Shown here piece by piece: positions 37,486 through 50,683 of a stretch of 64,000 bases of DNA. Origin of the DNA: Mobula hypostoma (taxonomy: Eukaryota). Below the pieces are notes generated by a model. The model searched no databases and was not told where the DNA came from. It was given only the letters and a program-made list of their open reading frames with translations. Position numbers and translations under genes: made by a program. Positions within the stretch are counted from its first letter, which is position 1. Every line of letters begins with the position of its first letter. The stretch is from the NCBI RefSeq assembly GCF_963921235.1, contig NC_086108.1, positions 73,596,001 through 73,660,000 of the forward strand, read 5' to 3'.

Positions 37486-39550
37486 ACACGAGGAATTCTG
37501 CAGATGCTGGAAATTCAAGCAAAGTACATCAAAGTTGCTGGTGAATGCAGCAGGCCAGGCAGCATCTATAGGAAGAGGTACAGTCGACGTTTTGGGCTGA
37601 GACCCATCGTCAGAACTAACTGAAAGAAGAGCTAGTAAGAGATTTGAAAGTGGGAGGGGGAGGGGGAGATGCAAAATGATAGGAGAAGACAGGAGGGGGA
37701 GGGATGGAGCCAAGAGCTGGACAGTTGACTGACAAAGGGGATATGAGAGGATCATGGGACAGGAGGTCCGGGAAGAAAGACAAGGGGGAGGGGGGGAAAC
37801 ACAGAGGATGGGCAAGGGGTATAGTGAGAGGGACAGAGGAAGAAAAAGGAGAGTGAGAGAAAGAATGTGTGTATATAAATAAATAACAAATGGGGTACGA
37901 GGGGGAGGTGGGGCATTAGCGGAAGTTTAAGAAGTCAATGTTCATGCTATCAGGTTGGAGGCTACCCAGACGGAATATAAGGTGTTGTTGCTCCAACTTG
38001 AGTGTGGCTTCATCTTTACAGTAGAGGAGGCCGTGGATAGACATATCAGAATGGGAATGGGACGTGGAATTAAAATGTGTGGCCATTGGGAGATCCTGCT
38101 TTCTCTGGCGGACAGAGCGTAGGTGTTCAGCAAAACAATCTCCCAGTCTGCGTCGGGTCTCACCAATATATAGGAGGCCACATCGGGAGCACTGGACACA
38201 GTATATCATCCCAGCCAACTCACAGGTGAAGTGTCGCCTCACCTGGAAGGACTGTCTGGGGCCCTGAATGGTGGTAAGGGAGGAAGTGTAAGGGCATATG
38301 TAGCACTTGTTCCACTTACAAGGATAAGTGCCAGGAGGGAGATTGGAGGGGGGCGGGGATGGAGGGGACGAATAGACAAGGGAGTCGCGTAGGGAGCGAT
38401 CCCTGCAGAAAGCGGGTTGGGGGGGAAGGTGTGCTTGGTGGTGGGATCCCGTTGGAGGTGGCGGAAGTTACGGAGAATAATATGTTGGACCCAGAGGCTG
38501 GTGGGGTGGTAGGTGAGGACAAGGGGAACACTATTCCTAGTGGGGTGATGGGAGGATGGAGTGAAAGCAGATGTGCATGAAATGGGGGAGATGCGTTTGA
38601 GAGCAGAGTTGATGGTGGAGGAAGGGAAGCCCCTTTCTTTAAAAAAAGGACATCTCCCTCGTCCTGGAATGAAAAACCTCATCCTGAGAGCAGATGCAGC
38701 GGAGACAGAGGAATTGCGAGAAGGAGATGGCATTTTTGCAAGAGAGGGTGAGAAAAGGAATAGTCCAGATAGCTGTGAGAGTCAGTAGGCTTATAGTAGA
38801 CATCAGTAGATAAGCTGTCTCCAGAGATAGAGACAGAAAGATCTATAAAGGGGAGGGAAGTGTCGGAAATGGACCAGGTAATCTTGAGGGCAGGGTGAAA
38901 GTCGGAGGCAAAGTTAATGAAGTCAACGAGCTCAGCATGCATGCAGGAAGCAGCGCCAATGCAGTCGTCGATGTAGCGATGGAAAGGTGGGGGACAGATA
39001 CCAGAATAGGTTTGGAACGTAGATAGTTGCACAAAGCCAATAAAAAGGCAGACATAGCTAGGACCCATACGGGTGCCCATAGCTACACCTTTAGTTTGGA
39101 GGAAGTGGGAGGAGCCAAAGGAGAAATTATCAAGAGTAAGGACTAATTCTGCTAGACGGGGCAGAGTGGTGGTAGAGGGGAACTGGTTAGGAATCCAAAA
39201 AGAAGTGGAGAGCCAACAGAGAAGCGGAGAGCTTTGAGACCTTTCTGATGGGGAATGGAAGTATATAGGGACTGGATATCCTCTCATCCTCTCATATCCT
39301 CTTTGTGTCCCATGATCCACTCATATCCCTTTTGTCAGTCAACTGTCCAGCTCTTGGCTCCATCCCTCCCCCTCCTGTCTTCTCCTATCATTTTGGATCT
39401 CCCCCTCCCCCTCCCACTTTCAAATCTCTTACTAACTCTTCCTTCAGTTAGTCCTGACGAAGGGTCTCGGCCCGAAACGTCGACTGTACCTCTTCCTATA
39501 GATGCTGCCTGGCCTGCTGCGTTCACCAGCAACTTTGAGGTGTGTTGCTT
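37486..39550 (-). mobile_element. Penelope-like element, 5'-truncated, with inverted pseudo-LTR at ~39310-39550
   Basis: QTKGVAMGTRMGPSY, RYIDD and GIY-YIG MIYCVQCSRCGLLYIGETRRRL; perfect 10-bp TSD TACTGTGTAT (37476-37485 and 39551-39560). Confidence 0.9.
39450..39485 (+). ncRNA. Minimal type I hammerhead ribozyme motif (intact core)
   Basis: AGTC-CTGACGA-AGGGTCTCGGCCC-GAAA-CGTC-GACT. Confidence 0.82.
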
Positions 39551-41924
39551 TACTGTGTATGTTTACTTTTGCCTTTATATTTGTCTCTCTTTGGCTCCTC
39601 AAAATATTTAATTTGATTTTGCTATGGTTGTGGCTTTTGTGGATGTGCTGTGTTTTTTTTGTTCGTTTGTTTGTTTGTAGTAAATAAAAAATTAAAAAAG
39701 AAAAAAATTTAATTTGCTTTATTTAACTCTGTTCAACAGAGACTCTTTCGTGTCAAAAACAGATCTCTACAAAGTGATCTAAATTAATTATAAATATAAA
39801 ACACAAAATAATTGTTTGCATAAGTATTCCCCTCCCCTTTGATGTGACACATAAATAATCACTGATGCAGCCAACTGGTTTTAGAAGTCACGTAATTAGT
39901 TACATGGAGATCTGTTTTTGGAGACCTTTGTGCAGTCCAGGTGTTTCAATTGACTTTAGTAAAAATCCACCTATATCTGGAAGGTCACACAGCTGGTGAG
40001 TCAGTATCCTGGCAAAAACTACACCATGAAGACAAAAGAACATTCCAGGCAACTCTGCCAAAAGGTTACTGAAAAGCACAAGTCATGAAATGGTTACAAG
40101 AAAATTTCCAAGTCACTGAATATCTCTTGGAGTACAGTTAAGTCAATCATCAAGAAATGGAAAGAATATGGCACAGCTGTAAATCTGCTGAGAGCAGAGC
40201 GTCCTCAAAAACTGAGTGGCCGTTCAAGAAGGGGACTAGTTAGGGAGACCTGTGACAACTCTGGAGAAGTTACAAGCTTCAGTGGCTGAGATGGGAGAGA
40301 GTGCGCATACAACTGTTGCCCGGGTGCTTCACCAGTCACATCTTTATGGGAAAGTGGCAAAGGGAAAGCCACTGTTGAAAAAAAATTCACATGAATTCTG
40401 GGCTAGACTTTGCCAGAAGGCATGTGAGAGACCCTGAAGTCAGCTGGAAGAAGGTTCGATGGTCCGATGAAACCAAAATTGAGCTTATGGCCATCAGATT
40501 AAATGCTATGTTTGGCGTAACACCGCACATCATCAAAAACACACCATCTCTACCATAAAGCATGGTGGTGGCTACATCATGCTGTGGGTATGCTTCACTG
40601 CAGCAGGCCCTGGAAGACTTGCGAAGGTAGAGGATGAAATGAATGCAGCAAAATACAGATGAAACCCTGAAGGAAAACCTGAGGCAGTCTGCAAGAGAAC
40701 TGTGACTTGCGAGAGGATTTGTTTTCTAGCAAGGCAATAACACCAGGCATAAAGCCAGAACTACACAGGAATGGCTTAAAACAAAGTTAATGCCCTGGAC
40801 TAGCCAAGTCAAAGTTCAGACCCAATTCCAATTGAGAATTTGTGGCTGGACTTGAAAAGGGCTGTTTACTCACTAACCCCATGCAATCTGACAGAGCTTG
40901 AGCAGTTTTGTGAAGTAGAATGGGGAAAAATTGCAGGGTTCAGATGTGCAAAGTTGATGGAGCTCTATCCACATAAACTCAAGGCTGTAATTGCTGCCAC
41001 AGGTGCATCTACTAAATATTGACTTGAAGAGGGTGAATACTGGTTCAATCTATTATTTTGTGTTTTGTATTTTTAATTCATTTAGATCACTTTGTAGAGA
41101 TGTTTTCACTTTGACATGAAAGAATCTTCTTTCTGTTGATCAGTGTCAAAAAAGCCAAATTAAATCCACTTTGATTCAATGTTGTAAAACAATAAAACAT
41201 GAAAACTTCTGGTGAGGGGAGGGTGAATACATTTTACAGGCACTCTACATCTTTCCTGTAGATCGGTAACCAAAACTGCACACAATACTTCAAATGTGGC
41301 CTCACCAATGTCTTATACAACTTGAACATAACATCCCAACGCCTGCACTCAATTCTCTGATTTATGAAGGCCAGCGTGCCAAAAGCTCTCTTTATGACCT
41401 CATCTACCTGTGGCACCATGTTCAAGAAATTATGGATCTGTATCTCTGGATCCTTCTGTTCTACTGCACTCCTCAGTGCCCTACCATTAACCGTGCAAGT
41501 CCTAGCATAGTTTGTCCTCCCAAAGTGCATTACCTCACACTTGCCTGCATTAAAATTCATCCACTATTTTTCAGCAGGTCCAGATCCTACTGTAAGTTTT
41601 GATCACCTTCCTCTTTATCAACTATGCCTCAATTTAATTATCCACCCCAATTTGCCTCAAAAGAGCAAGCTTCTTCTCTTCTGTAATTTGGATATGGTCC
41701 ATGATGTCATTACTGTTTTGCTTCACTTCCACAGACTCTGTGTCCATCTCCTGAGTAAATACAGATGCAAAATATCTGTTTAAGACTTCCCACATCTCTT
41801 TTGGCTCCATGCATAGATGATCACTTTGATCTTCCAGAGGTTCAATTTTGTCCTTTGCTATCCTTTTGCTCTTACTATATCTGCAGAAGCCCCTGGGATT
41901 CTTCTTCACCCTACCAGAAGAACT

Positions 41925-42346
41925 ACTTCCCCGTGGATTGTCACCTTGTCGTGGTGGAGAAGCTCGTGTGGTCCTGTGATCCCAAGAGCAATGCCGTCTG
42001 AAGCTATGCTCCTCGTAGGGTCACCCATGGCGGTAAGGTCGAGGGTGAGGTCCCTGACAAAGAACAATCCAACCAAGACCTCAACGGTGGAACAGGCAGA
42101 TGAAGTTACTTCGAACTCAACGGCTGTGAAGGCGGATGAAGGCTGCAACAAATCCATCAGCTCCAATCATCGTGGTTTCCACGCCATTGGAATCAGTTGG
42201 TTGATTTGTGAAGTATCGTGTGCCCCTTGGAGAGCAACATCAAGTACACGTTAAACAAATATATGCACAGGCGTCTTCACTCTGTGGGCCACTTCTTCAG
42301 AACGAAGACCATCATCCTCGTCCGAGGGATAGCCACCATGACGACG
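41925..42346 (+). mobile_element. Short non-autonomous RTE-derived element
   Basis: RTE-like head CACCTTGTCGTGGTGG, (GAC)n tail, TSD ACCAGAAGAACT (41913-41924) / ACCAGAACAACT (42347-42358). Confidence 0.7.
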
Positions 42347-44423
42347 ACCAGAACAACTTCATGCCTTGTTTTAGCCTTCCTGATTTCCCTCTTAAGTGTA
42401 CTCTTGCATTTCTTATACTCTAGTGACTCGTCTGTTCCTTGCTGTCTATACCGGCTGTGCATGTCCTTTTTACCAGTGCCTGAATATGCCTCAAAAATCG
42501 AGGTTCACTAATCCTGTTAGCCTTGCCTTTTATTCTAACAGGAACATTAAAACTCAATACTCTCAATATTTCATGTTTGAAGGCCTCTCATTTACCAAGT
42601 ATTTTACCAAGAAACAATCTATCCCAATCCACATTTGCCAAATCCTCTCTGATGCCATCAAAATGGTCCTTTTCCCAATTTAGAATCTCAACCCAAGGAC
42701 CAGTACTATCCTTCTCCATAATTATCTTGAAATCAATGGCATTATGATCACTATATCCAAAGTGCTTCCCTACACACACACTTATGTCACGAGCCTTGTC
42801 TCATTCCCTAAGAGGAGATCCAGTACCACACTCTCACTTGTTGGGGCATCTATATCTTTCTTGAACATATTTGACAAACTCTGTTTCATCCAGCCCTTTA
42901 ATAGTATGGGAGTCCCAGCCAATATATGGATAAATAAAATCACTCACTATCACAAACTTACTTTTCTTGCAATTGTCTGTTATCTCTTTACAGTCCTACT
43001 GACTATTGGAAGGTCTATAATATAATCCCATTAACATGGTCATCTTCCGTATTCCTCATTTCCATCCACATAGCCTCAGCAGATCAGCCCTTCAGTCTGT
43101 ACTGTCTGAACACTGACATGACATTTTTCTTGACTAGTAAGGTTACCCCACCCCTTTAATATCTCCCCCCACCCAATCACATCTAAAACAACAGAACCCC
43201 AGATCATTGAGTTTCCAGTTCCTGCCCCTCCTGTAGCCAAATCTCACTAATAGCTATAATATCATAATTCTATGTGCTGATCCATGCTTTAAGCTCATCT
43301 GCTTTACCTACAATACTCCTTGCATTGAAATAGACACAACACTGAGCATTCGTCCCATCATGCTCATATTTTCTATTCCTGTCTTTGTACGTAGGCTTAA
43401 CAACATTTTTCCCACAACCATTCCATTGTCTGCTCTGGCATTGCAACTCTAGTTTAAACATCTAGGACCAACATTAGCAAACATTCCCACAAGCATATTG
43501 GTCCGCATCGAGTTCAGTTGCAAACTGTCTTCCTGGAAGAGAACTGAATAATCCAAATATCTGAAACCCTTCCTCCTGCACCATGTGCACTATCTCCTTA
43601 ACCACACATTAAACAGTATTATCTTCTTATTTCATGCCTCACTAGCATGTGGCACAGGTAGCAAACCTGAGATCAGCTCCCTGGAGAAGCTGTTCTTTAA
43701 TTAGCTCCTAACTTCCTGAACTCACTTTGCAGGACCTTGCCAATCTTTCTGCCTATGCTATTGGTACTAACATGGACCACAGCCTCTAGCTGCTTATCCT
43801 CGCCCAAGAATGCTGTGGACTTGATCTGAGATGTCCCTGATCCTGGCACCTGTGAGGCAACATATCATCCAAGAATCTCACTCTCATCCACAGAACCTCC
43901 TGTCCATTCCCCAAACCAATGAATCCCAAATCACTACTGATAGCTTCTTCTCCCCCCTTCCCTTCCCAGAGTGAGTGAGAGAAATTTGTAGAGACCTGAC
44001 TGCTGTGGATTTCCTCTGCTAAGTCATCCAGCCCAACAGTATCCAAAACAATGTACTTATTGTTGAGGGGAACAGCCACGGGGTACCCTGTACTGGCTCC
44101 CTATTCCCTTTCCCTTTCCTGAAGGTCACCCAGTTACCTGTGTCCTGCACCTTAGGAGGTGTAACTACCTCCCTGTATCTCCTGTCGGTCAGCCTCTTTG
44201 TCTCCTGAATGAGTTGAAAGTCATTCAGCTCCAGCTCTAGTTCCCTAAGGCAGTCTGTAAGAAGTTGTGGTTGAATGCACTTCTTGCAGGTGTAGCTAAC
44301 TTCTTGCAGGTAAACCATAAACTGTTTCAGCTGCTTCTGTCTGGCAGATGGTACCACAGCATTAAAGCTAGGACCAACAGGCTATGGGACAGCTTCTTTC
44401 TTCAAGCCATTTGACTTATAAAT

Positions 44424-44860
44424 TCAAGTCAAGTCAAGTTTATTGTCATTTCGACCATAAGCTGCTGGTACAGTACACAGTGAAAATGAAACAATGTTCC
44501 TCCAGGAGCATGGTGCTACATGAAACACAAAACTACACTAGACTATGTGAGACAGCACAAGGCTACGCTAGACTACGTAAAACAACATAAAAACTGCACT
44601 AGACTACAGACCTGCACAGGACTACATAAAGTGCACAAAACAGTGTACAATAATTAATAAATAAGACAATAGGCACAGTAGAGGGCAAATTACAATATAA
44701 TAATAAATGATGAAGATGTCAGTCTAGACTCTGAGTATTGAGGAGTCTGATGGCTTGGGGGAAGAAACTGTTGCACAGTCTGGTCATGAGAGCCCAAATG
44801 CTTCAGTACCTTTTGCCAGATGGCAGGAGGGAGAAGAGTTTGTGTGAGGGGTGCGTGGGG
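44424..44860 (-). mobile_element. Rex1-type LINE 3' end with (TTGAC)n tail
   Basis: Minus strand encodes FSLLPSGKRY*SI and TRLCNSFFPQAIRLLN; TCAAG repeats at about 44424-44438. Confidence 0.7.
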
Positions 44861-47091
44861 AGTTCACATATCTATACGCTGCAATGGAGTCATAATGCAA
44901 AGATTTTTACTTCCTCATGTTGTGGAATGTATGTAAATTTAAATAAATAAATAAATTAGTTCTCAGAGTCTACTGGAGGTCTTCTTGGCTTCTCATATCC
45001 CACAAGTGGTGCACGCTACAATCCTGTTATTCTCACTGCTCCAACTGTGCAATACGATGGAAAGAAACTTACCAGAAACTTACCTTGGCTTCCTCTATCT
45101 TGCTGAAGCTTCTTGAGCCAAAGCTTCAGCTCCCCACTCCAGCTGCACCTCTCCTACACTGGCTGGTCTTCTTAAACCTAAATTCTTTTATTGCCAAGTG
45201 CCCAATAGCCCACTTGATCTTAAGCTCTGCAGAAAGTCCCGACAGTCTTTATTCGCTTTTCAAATCTGGCATATGCACTTCTCATATGCACTTCTCAGAT
45301 GAATACATATAACTGTAAATGAGAAATATAATTAGGAAATTTGCAAAATGGAAATGATAATGACTGTAGCAGTGATCATCCTGAACAGCATGTCATTAAC
45401 TGTTAAAGAAGAATAAATCATATGATCAAAACAAGAGCTACCTGCTAATAGCATAACAAACATTTCTTTACTGGCCAGAATGCATCAACAGTAGAGTAGC
45501 AGTCAACACATGTAGGAATGGGGCTCCCTAACTATTAAGCTTGAAGGAAACAATATGAATGGAGGAATACAAATCATGTGCAGGCAGGAGGGATTAGTTT
45601 GCCATCATGCTTCACTGTGTCAGAGTAACAGATTTTAGTTCGCCCCTCCCAATCATTTCTTAATTGGCATTAAGATTTACACAATGCTTTAAATTGCCCA
45701 GTGAACCCAATAACTGTAGAGGGAGGGCAGGAATTGAGGCCATGATGAGGGAGTGAGCAGAAGAACCATCCCCAGTGAATGAGGCATGTGGTAACTGAGG
45801 TCCCAGTGAGTTAAATGGGAATGTGGCAAATATCACCTTATGAGCCAGACGCTGAATCATTGGGATTTCTAAATACCCAGATAGCACTGAACTGGAGGAA
45901 GAGAAAAGAGAATATTGCCAAATAGGATATAGTACAAAATTATTTTTAAAAAATCAAAGCGTTAAACTTGCTTTCATTGCCAAGGGAATGTTGATAATAT
46001 CCATTTAATAATTTTCTTTTTCTGCAGACATGCAAAAAGTTAAGTAAGCGATTGATACAGTGGGACATTTCAATATAATCAGTATACACAGATAAGAGGT
46101 GATCTACAGTAACTTCGTGCTCGGCTGAGAGATCATTTGGCATTTCACTAAATCATGGTATTAAGCTTTAGAAAAAATAGCCACATCATGACTAAGACAA
46201 CTGTGTTGCTCCAAAGAGCACTATATTAGGTCATTCTCACCCTCGGCCATTAGGCTCTATAATGAGTCAACCTATAGCTGGGGAAATGATTAACCCCTCC
46301 TGTTAGACTGTTTGAGGTAACTTGCTTTTTACTTTCTTTCTATTTTTCTTCTAATATTTATATTTGTGCACTTGTAATGCTACTGTGACACTGCAATTTC
46401 CTTTGGGATCAATAAAGAATTTATCTATTACTTATCTCAGAGGTCTCACTAATGGTTGCTCAATATTCTATGTCTGAGTTAACATGAAAGTCCCATTTGT
46501 ATGCAACCCTTTAGAAAATAGGAGCAATATGTTTGTACCATGGTAAAGGTCAAGGCTTCAATGATTTTTGCTGTATGCTTTCACACATTACTGAGAAGAA
46601 ATAAGGTTCACACCTTACTGAGAATGGACCATATTAAATTGGAAGTATATTTCAAATAATTCATTTTGATTGCAATAGAATTGAATGAATTCTGAAAAAA
46701 CTAAAAATTTTGAAGTCAAAGCACTTTTTTGTACTGAGTTGAGTTGTCTCAGCATTACACACAACTTAAAATTGCCCATGGAAATTAAGTTATGCAAATT
46801 ATTACTAAGCTGCTCACCTACAAATTGTATAGTCTCAAGACATTGCAACTTTATAGACCGTATATAGTGCATAATTGCATGACCATCTAATAAATGTGAG
46901 TGTGTAAAATCCGTATATTAAAAAAATGTCATGTACTGAAGGAAGTTAATTTGTGGTTAAAAAATGGATACAAAATGCTTAGAAAAGAAACACATACTGT
47001 AGTTTTCCCAAATTGGCAAAAATCATTTAAAGAAAATAACACTTAAATACACAAAAAAGTATTTTCTTTTCACGGCAGTAAACACAACCCT

Positions 47092-47097
47092 TTTATT
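47092..47097 (-). promoter_or_regulatory. Candidate MAST2 polyadenylation signal (3' UTR ~47070-48515)
   Basis: AATAAA on the minus strand followed by GT/T-rich sequence. The 1.4 kb up to the stop codon is AT-rich with no recognisable repeats. An alternative AATAAA lies at 47479-47484. Confidence 0.45.
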
Positions 47098-48515
47098 TCA
47101 AGTATTTTCCTCATTACCTTTGAATGAAAACATCATAGCAATAAAGAAATTCAGTCAGATGCACTGCAAGTATAGGTTCCAGAGTGCCCATAAAGTCCAC
47201 AGCTTATTTTTACTAGTTTTGTTTTTTATATATAAAAAAATCAAACACAGCAATTAAAATTTAGTCAGTATTAATCACTGACAGTCTAACTTACTCAGTT
47301 CAACTAACTGACACATTTAGCTGAATGTAGCTAAAACAAAGCAATCTAAGATTGTTAGTCTAACTAAAGCGCCACTTCTATTAGTGCAATATATTATTAA
47401 CAAAAACATGATACAAGTTGAACAGAGGAGGAGTTACACCAAACAAATTCTGCACATCAGCTGAAACCCAACACAAAATTTATTGCTGTCATGGGAAGTT
47501 TTAAGAGTGATACAAGAGATATAAAAATATGAATTAATGGGTCTTGTATATTAATTAGCTTACTAAATTTGTATCATATTAAATTCCGTATGTTTGAAGG
47601 GAATGGGTTAAAGCCAACATGCAATAAAAACAGAACACAAAAATGCTTACTGCACCACAGTTGTTGGTGATTGTGTGTTGATTAAATACTAAAATGCTTT
47701 TTTAATGCTTTCCTCTAATTGTGAAAGCATTTCCATTACACATTCACTACATCCCTCCAAGACAAAGTATCTATGTGGCACAAACCCATAAAGACATCCA
47801 AGACTGTCATGTGTATATTTACAATAAATAAGATACATTTCTCAGATACATTAATACAAAAAAAAAGAAAAATTACATTATACTCTTGAAGCACTCTGCA
47901 GGAATGTATTACTTTGCATAGTGACAAAATACATTACAGAGCTAAGGATTCAGGCAACTTTATAACAATGATGAATCCTGTAAGTTGTAAAGCATAAGCC
48001 TTGATCACGGCTTTGTTGGCAAACTTGTCCTGTACATCAGAGGACCTGCTTGCTATAAATGCAGAAAATAGAGACATTTTGTAAATGGGAATCAGTTAAA
48101 TATGAAAATGTAGAAAATAGGGGTGACAAATAAGATAAATGACTTGATGCACTCATGTTCATTATGGCATTTCTCATCAAATCACAGTGTACACAGAAAT
48201 TATCATCCGCTTTGCTTCTTTCAAAAGGTTGTTGGTCCAACATAAAGTCAATATTGACATTAGCAAAAAAGAAAAATAACTCCTAATACACTGATTGTTA
48301 GCTCACTTTGGCAGCACAAGCATTGCCTCCAAAACTGAATTTAGTGTTAAGGATATGCTAAACTATTCACAAATATCTTACTGAGTGTTTTTTTGGAACT
48401 GTAAAAGGAAATAAAGTCAAACTAGCTTTAAGGAGCCTCCAAAAGAAATTTTTTTAGTTAGATCCAGATGACCACTTGCATACAATGGAAACATTCCAAT
48501 TATGTTTTCTAATTA

Positions 48516-50683
48516 TCACGTAAATTTCTGTGAAAGCTGGGAATCTTGTCCTTTCTTGTCTACAGGTTGCTTAGTTTTGAATTGACAGCTCCCAGATTGA
48601 TCTTTCTCACATTTTTCCACACAGGATTGTTGTTCTCTTGATAATGAACTTCCTGTAGTATCCTGCAAAACTCTTTGTTCACTTAATACTCCTGTGACTT
48701 GGTCAGGTTTTAACAAAGATCCACAAAGAATGACCTTTTCTTCAAATTGTGATTTTGCATTTGCAGGCAGTGAGGGCACAGCTGCACTTTGAAATGTGGT
48801 AAACTGTGACACTTGCTTTTCATTTCTGGCCATCAATTCTTCTGACCCTAATTCTTTCCTCCTCTCGGTCTCTGTTATTCCAGGGATAGCCAATTTCACT
48901 GGACCCAGCACATTTTTGGCAACAGTAGCTAAATGGGAAACAAAAGGTGTTTTAGCAAAGCTAACTGGAGAATATTTTGAGCCAGTGCTCTCCGTGCTGA
49001 AGGCAAGTTGACTTTTAGTGAGCATCTCTTCATTTTCTTTTAACCTTTGCTCACATTGGCTTATTTTTCTTTCTACTTCCCCAATAGCGGATTGGTTAAT
49101 TGCTTCTTGACACTTCACATTATTTGACGGAAGAGGCTTTTCGCTAATTTCAAATGCATCTTTTTGTTTATTTGCACTCTGCCCTTTGATCTCATCCTTT
49201 GCCGTGCTTTCAGTTCCAGTGGCCAACTTCTTCAGATCTTCAATTTTCTTGGATGGCTTTGAAGGTTGAGGGGATCCTGATCTGAGAAGTAAATTGTCAG
49301 CTATAGGGGAATAGCATGCAATTAGTTTATCAGTTGCTTCTGAAAGTTTCTGATGTGCATCCTTTGATATGTGCATTATTTGATTAAGAGGACTACTGTC
49401 ATTATCCTTGCTAGATTCTAATAAACTAGTTTGAACGCCTTGTTGTATTTTGAATGATGCTGCCTTTCCAAGCACTTGGCTTGATGCTTCCTCCAGCGCT
49501 TTTTGCATTAATGTAGTCTTGGAGGAGTCATTCTTTGTAGTGGCAATATCTAGCACAGGTTGTTTTGTTTCAATGGCTTTTAAGTTATTGGAATCTGTTT
49601 TAAGCTGGCCATTCTTGTGGATTCCAGAAGCAGCATGTTCTAACATGGGTTTTTCTACACGTGCTGTGTTGATTGTACAATCTTCTGATTGATCAAGTTC
49701 TCCCATTTTATGCGGTATTGTACTGTCCAATATAGTTCTCCCAACACTGAGCTCTGGAAGCAGAGCTAAGTTCATTTCTGTAGATCTCATTTCTTTAGCC
49801 TCACAAACAAATGCAGAACTGAGGTCATCTTCCGAAGAATCCCTGCTTTCTGCTTTATGTGAGACACAACCTAGTTCATCTAAATTTGAATCTTCTTTTT
49901 GAACACAGGGCCATTGCAACTTCTTTCTTTCCTGATGGTCTTCTGAACCTTCATCACTTTCATCTTCAGAGACATCTACCTCACGAATGGCATCCTGCTT
50001 TTGTAGTGCTTCTCTCCTTTCTGCCCTGTCATGTCTTATTGCTACTAATTTGTCATTGAGCTTTCCCCTATTCATTCCATCTGAATGTTCTTGCCTTCCA
50101 ATTTTTCTAGCAGCAGGTTGCTTTAGAGTTCCCTTTTCTGCAGGGCCACGTTTACTGCCTGACGATTCATTGGCAGACTCCTGTAAACTCTGTAGACTGG
50201 GGTCCCTCTGCAGCATTTCCTTCTTGAATTCAGAATGTGATATATCCAGGCTATGCTTTCGGGAAGATGACAACTTCTTTTCAGATGATAAAGTGGCAGC
50301 CAATTTTTCAGCAGACTGGACTCTTTTTAATAATGGTGATCTTGGTGGTTCAGCACTTTTGGGCCTGGATTTCTGCCTGACTAATGGTGGTGACGAATGT
50401 AATTTCACTGGGAATGATTGTGCTGCATTTGAACTACCCAGAGAATGTGAAGGTAATGGAGATGGGGAGCGCTGAGGCGAAGTTGGTTGTGGAGTAGGTG
50501 ACGGAGTGCGAGCAAGGGGAGACAGAGGGATGTTTCCTGCAGACTTGCGTCTTGGTGATCTATACTGCCGTTGAAGCTTAGGTGCCAGTCCTTGGAGAGA
50601 GCTTGGACGAATGTGACCAGAACTAGCTGGAGAATTGGGTACGCTGGAATTGGGAGAGCTGCTCTGAGATGAATTGCCGGCAA
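48516..50683 (-). CDS. MAST2: MAST2 terminal coding exon (microtubule-associated serine/threonine kinase 2, C-terminal region)
   Basis: [64 protein letters not shown] and [19 protein letters not shown] match MAST2. Acceptor ttgtttctag at 50684-50685, phase 1; TGA at 48516-48518. Confidence 0.92.

Larger units (their letters stand above)
36685..39704 (+). mobile_element. 5'-truncated L1-clade LINE with inverted 5' segment (36685-~37045), interrupted by a Penelope element
   Basis: ORF2 C-terminus FFRYLQI (inverted) and RLIQFKTLHRLH...CNRCK...HSFWSC (direct); A-rich tail at about 39682-39704; TSD AAACTTAATTTG / AAATTTAATTTG. Confidence 0.85.
36596..41245 (+). mobile_element. Tc1-family DNA transposon (defective transposase ~40026-41022) with nested L1 and Penelope
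   Basis: TA|CAGTGCCTATAAAAAGTATTCA start and TGAATACATTTTACAGGCACTC|TA end; transposase remnants [39 protein letters not shown]. Confidence 0.9.
36262..44300 (-). mobile_element. Near full-length but internally deleted CR1 LINE hosting a Tc1 (36596-41245) and a short RTE-type insertion (41925-42346)
   Basis: ORF1-like YTCKKCIQ..LRELELEL (44019-44357); endonuclease start CVYFNARSIVGKADEL and HFGYSDHNAI; C-terminus FNAGKCEVMHFGR, LVRPHLKYCVQFW and TRGHKLRVKG. The CR1 sequence rejoins across the Tc1 at a TA. Confidence 0.85.

Noticed and set aside
44525..44630. Short ACTACACTAGACT-type tandem repeats
   Set aside because: Part of a Rex1-type 3' UTR; no sign of independent function.
1..47000. 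Exons of PIK3R3, the tail-to-tail neighbour of MAST2 in human
   Set aside because: I found no SH2-like coding sequence by eye. A TBLASTN search would be needed to exclude small exons.
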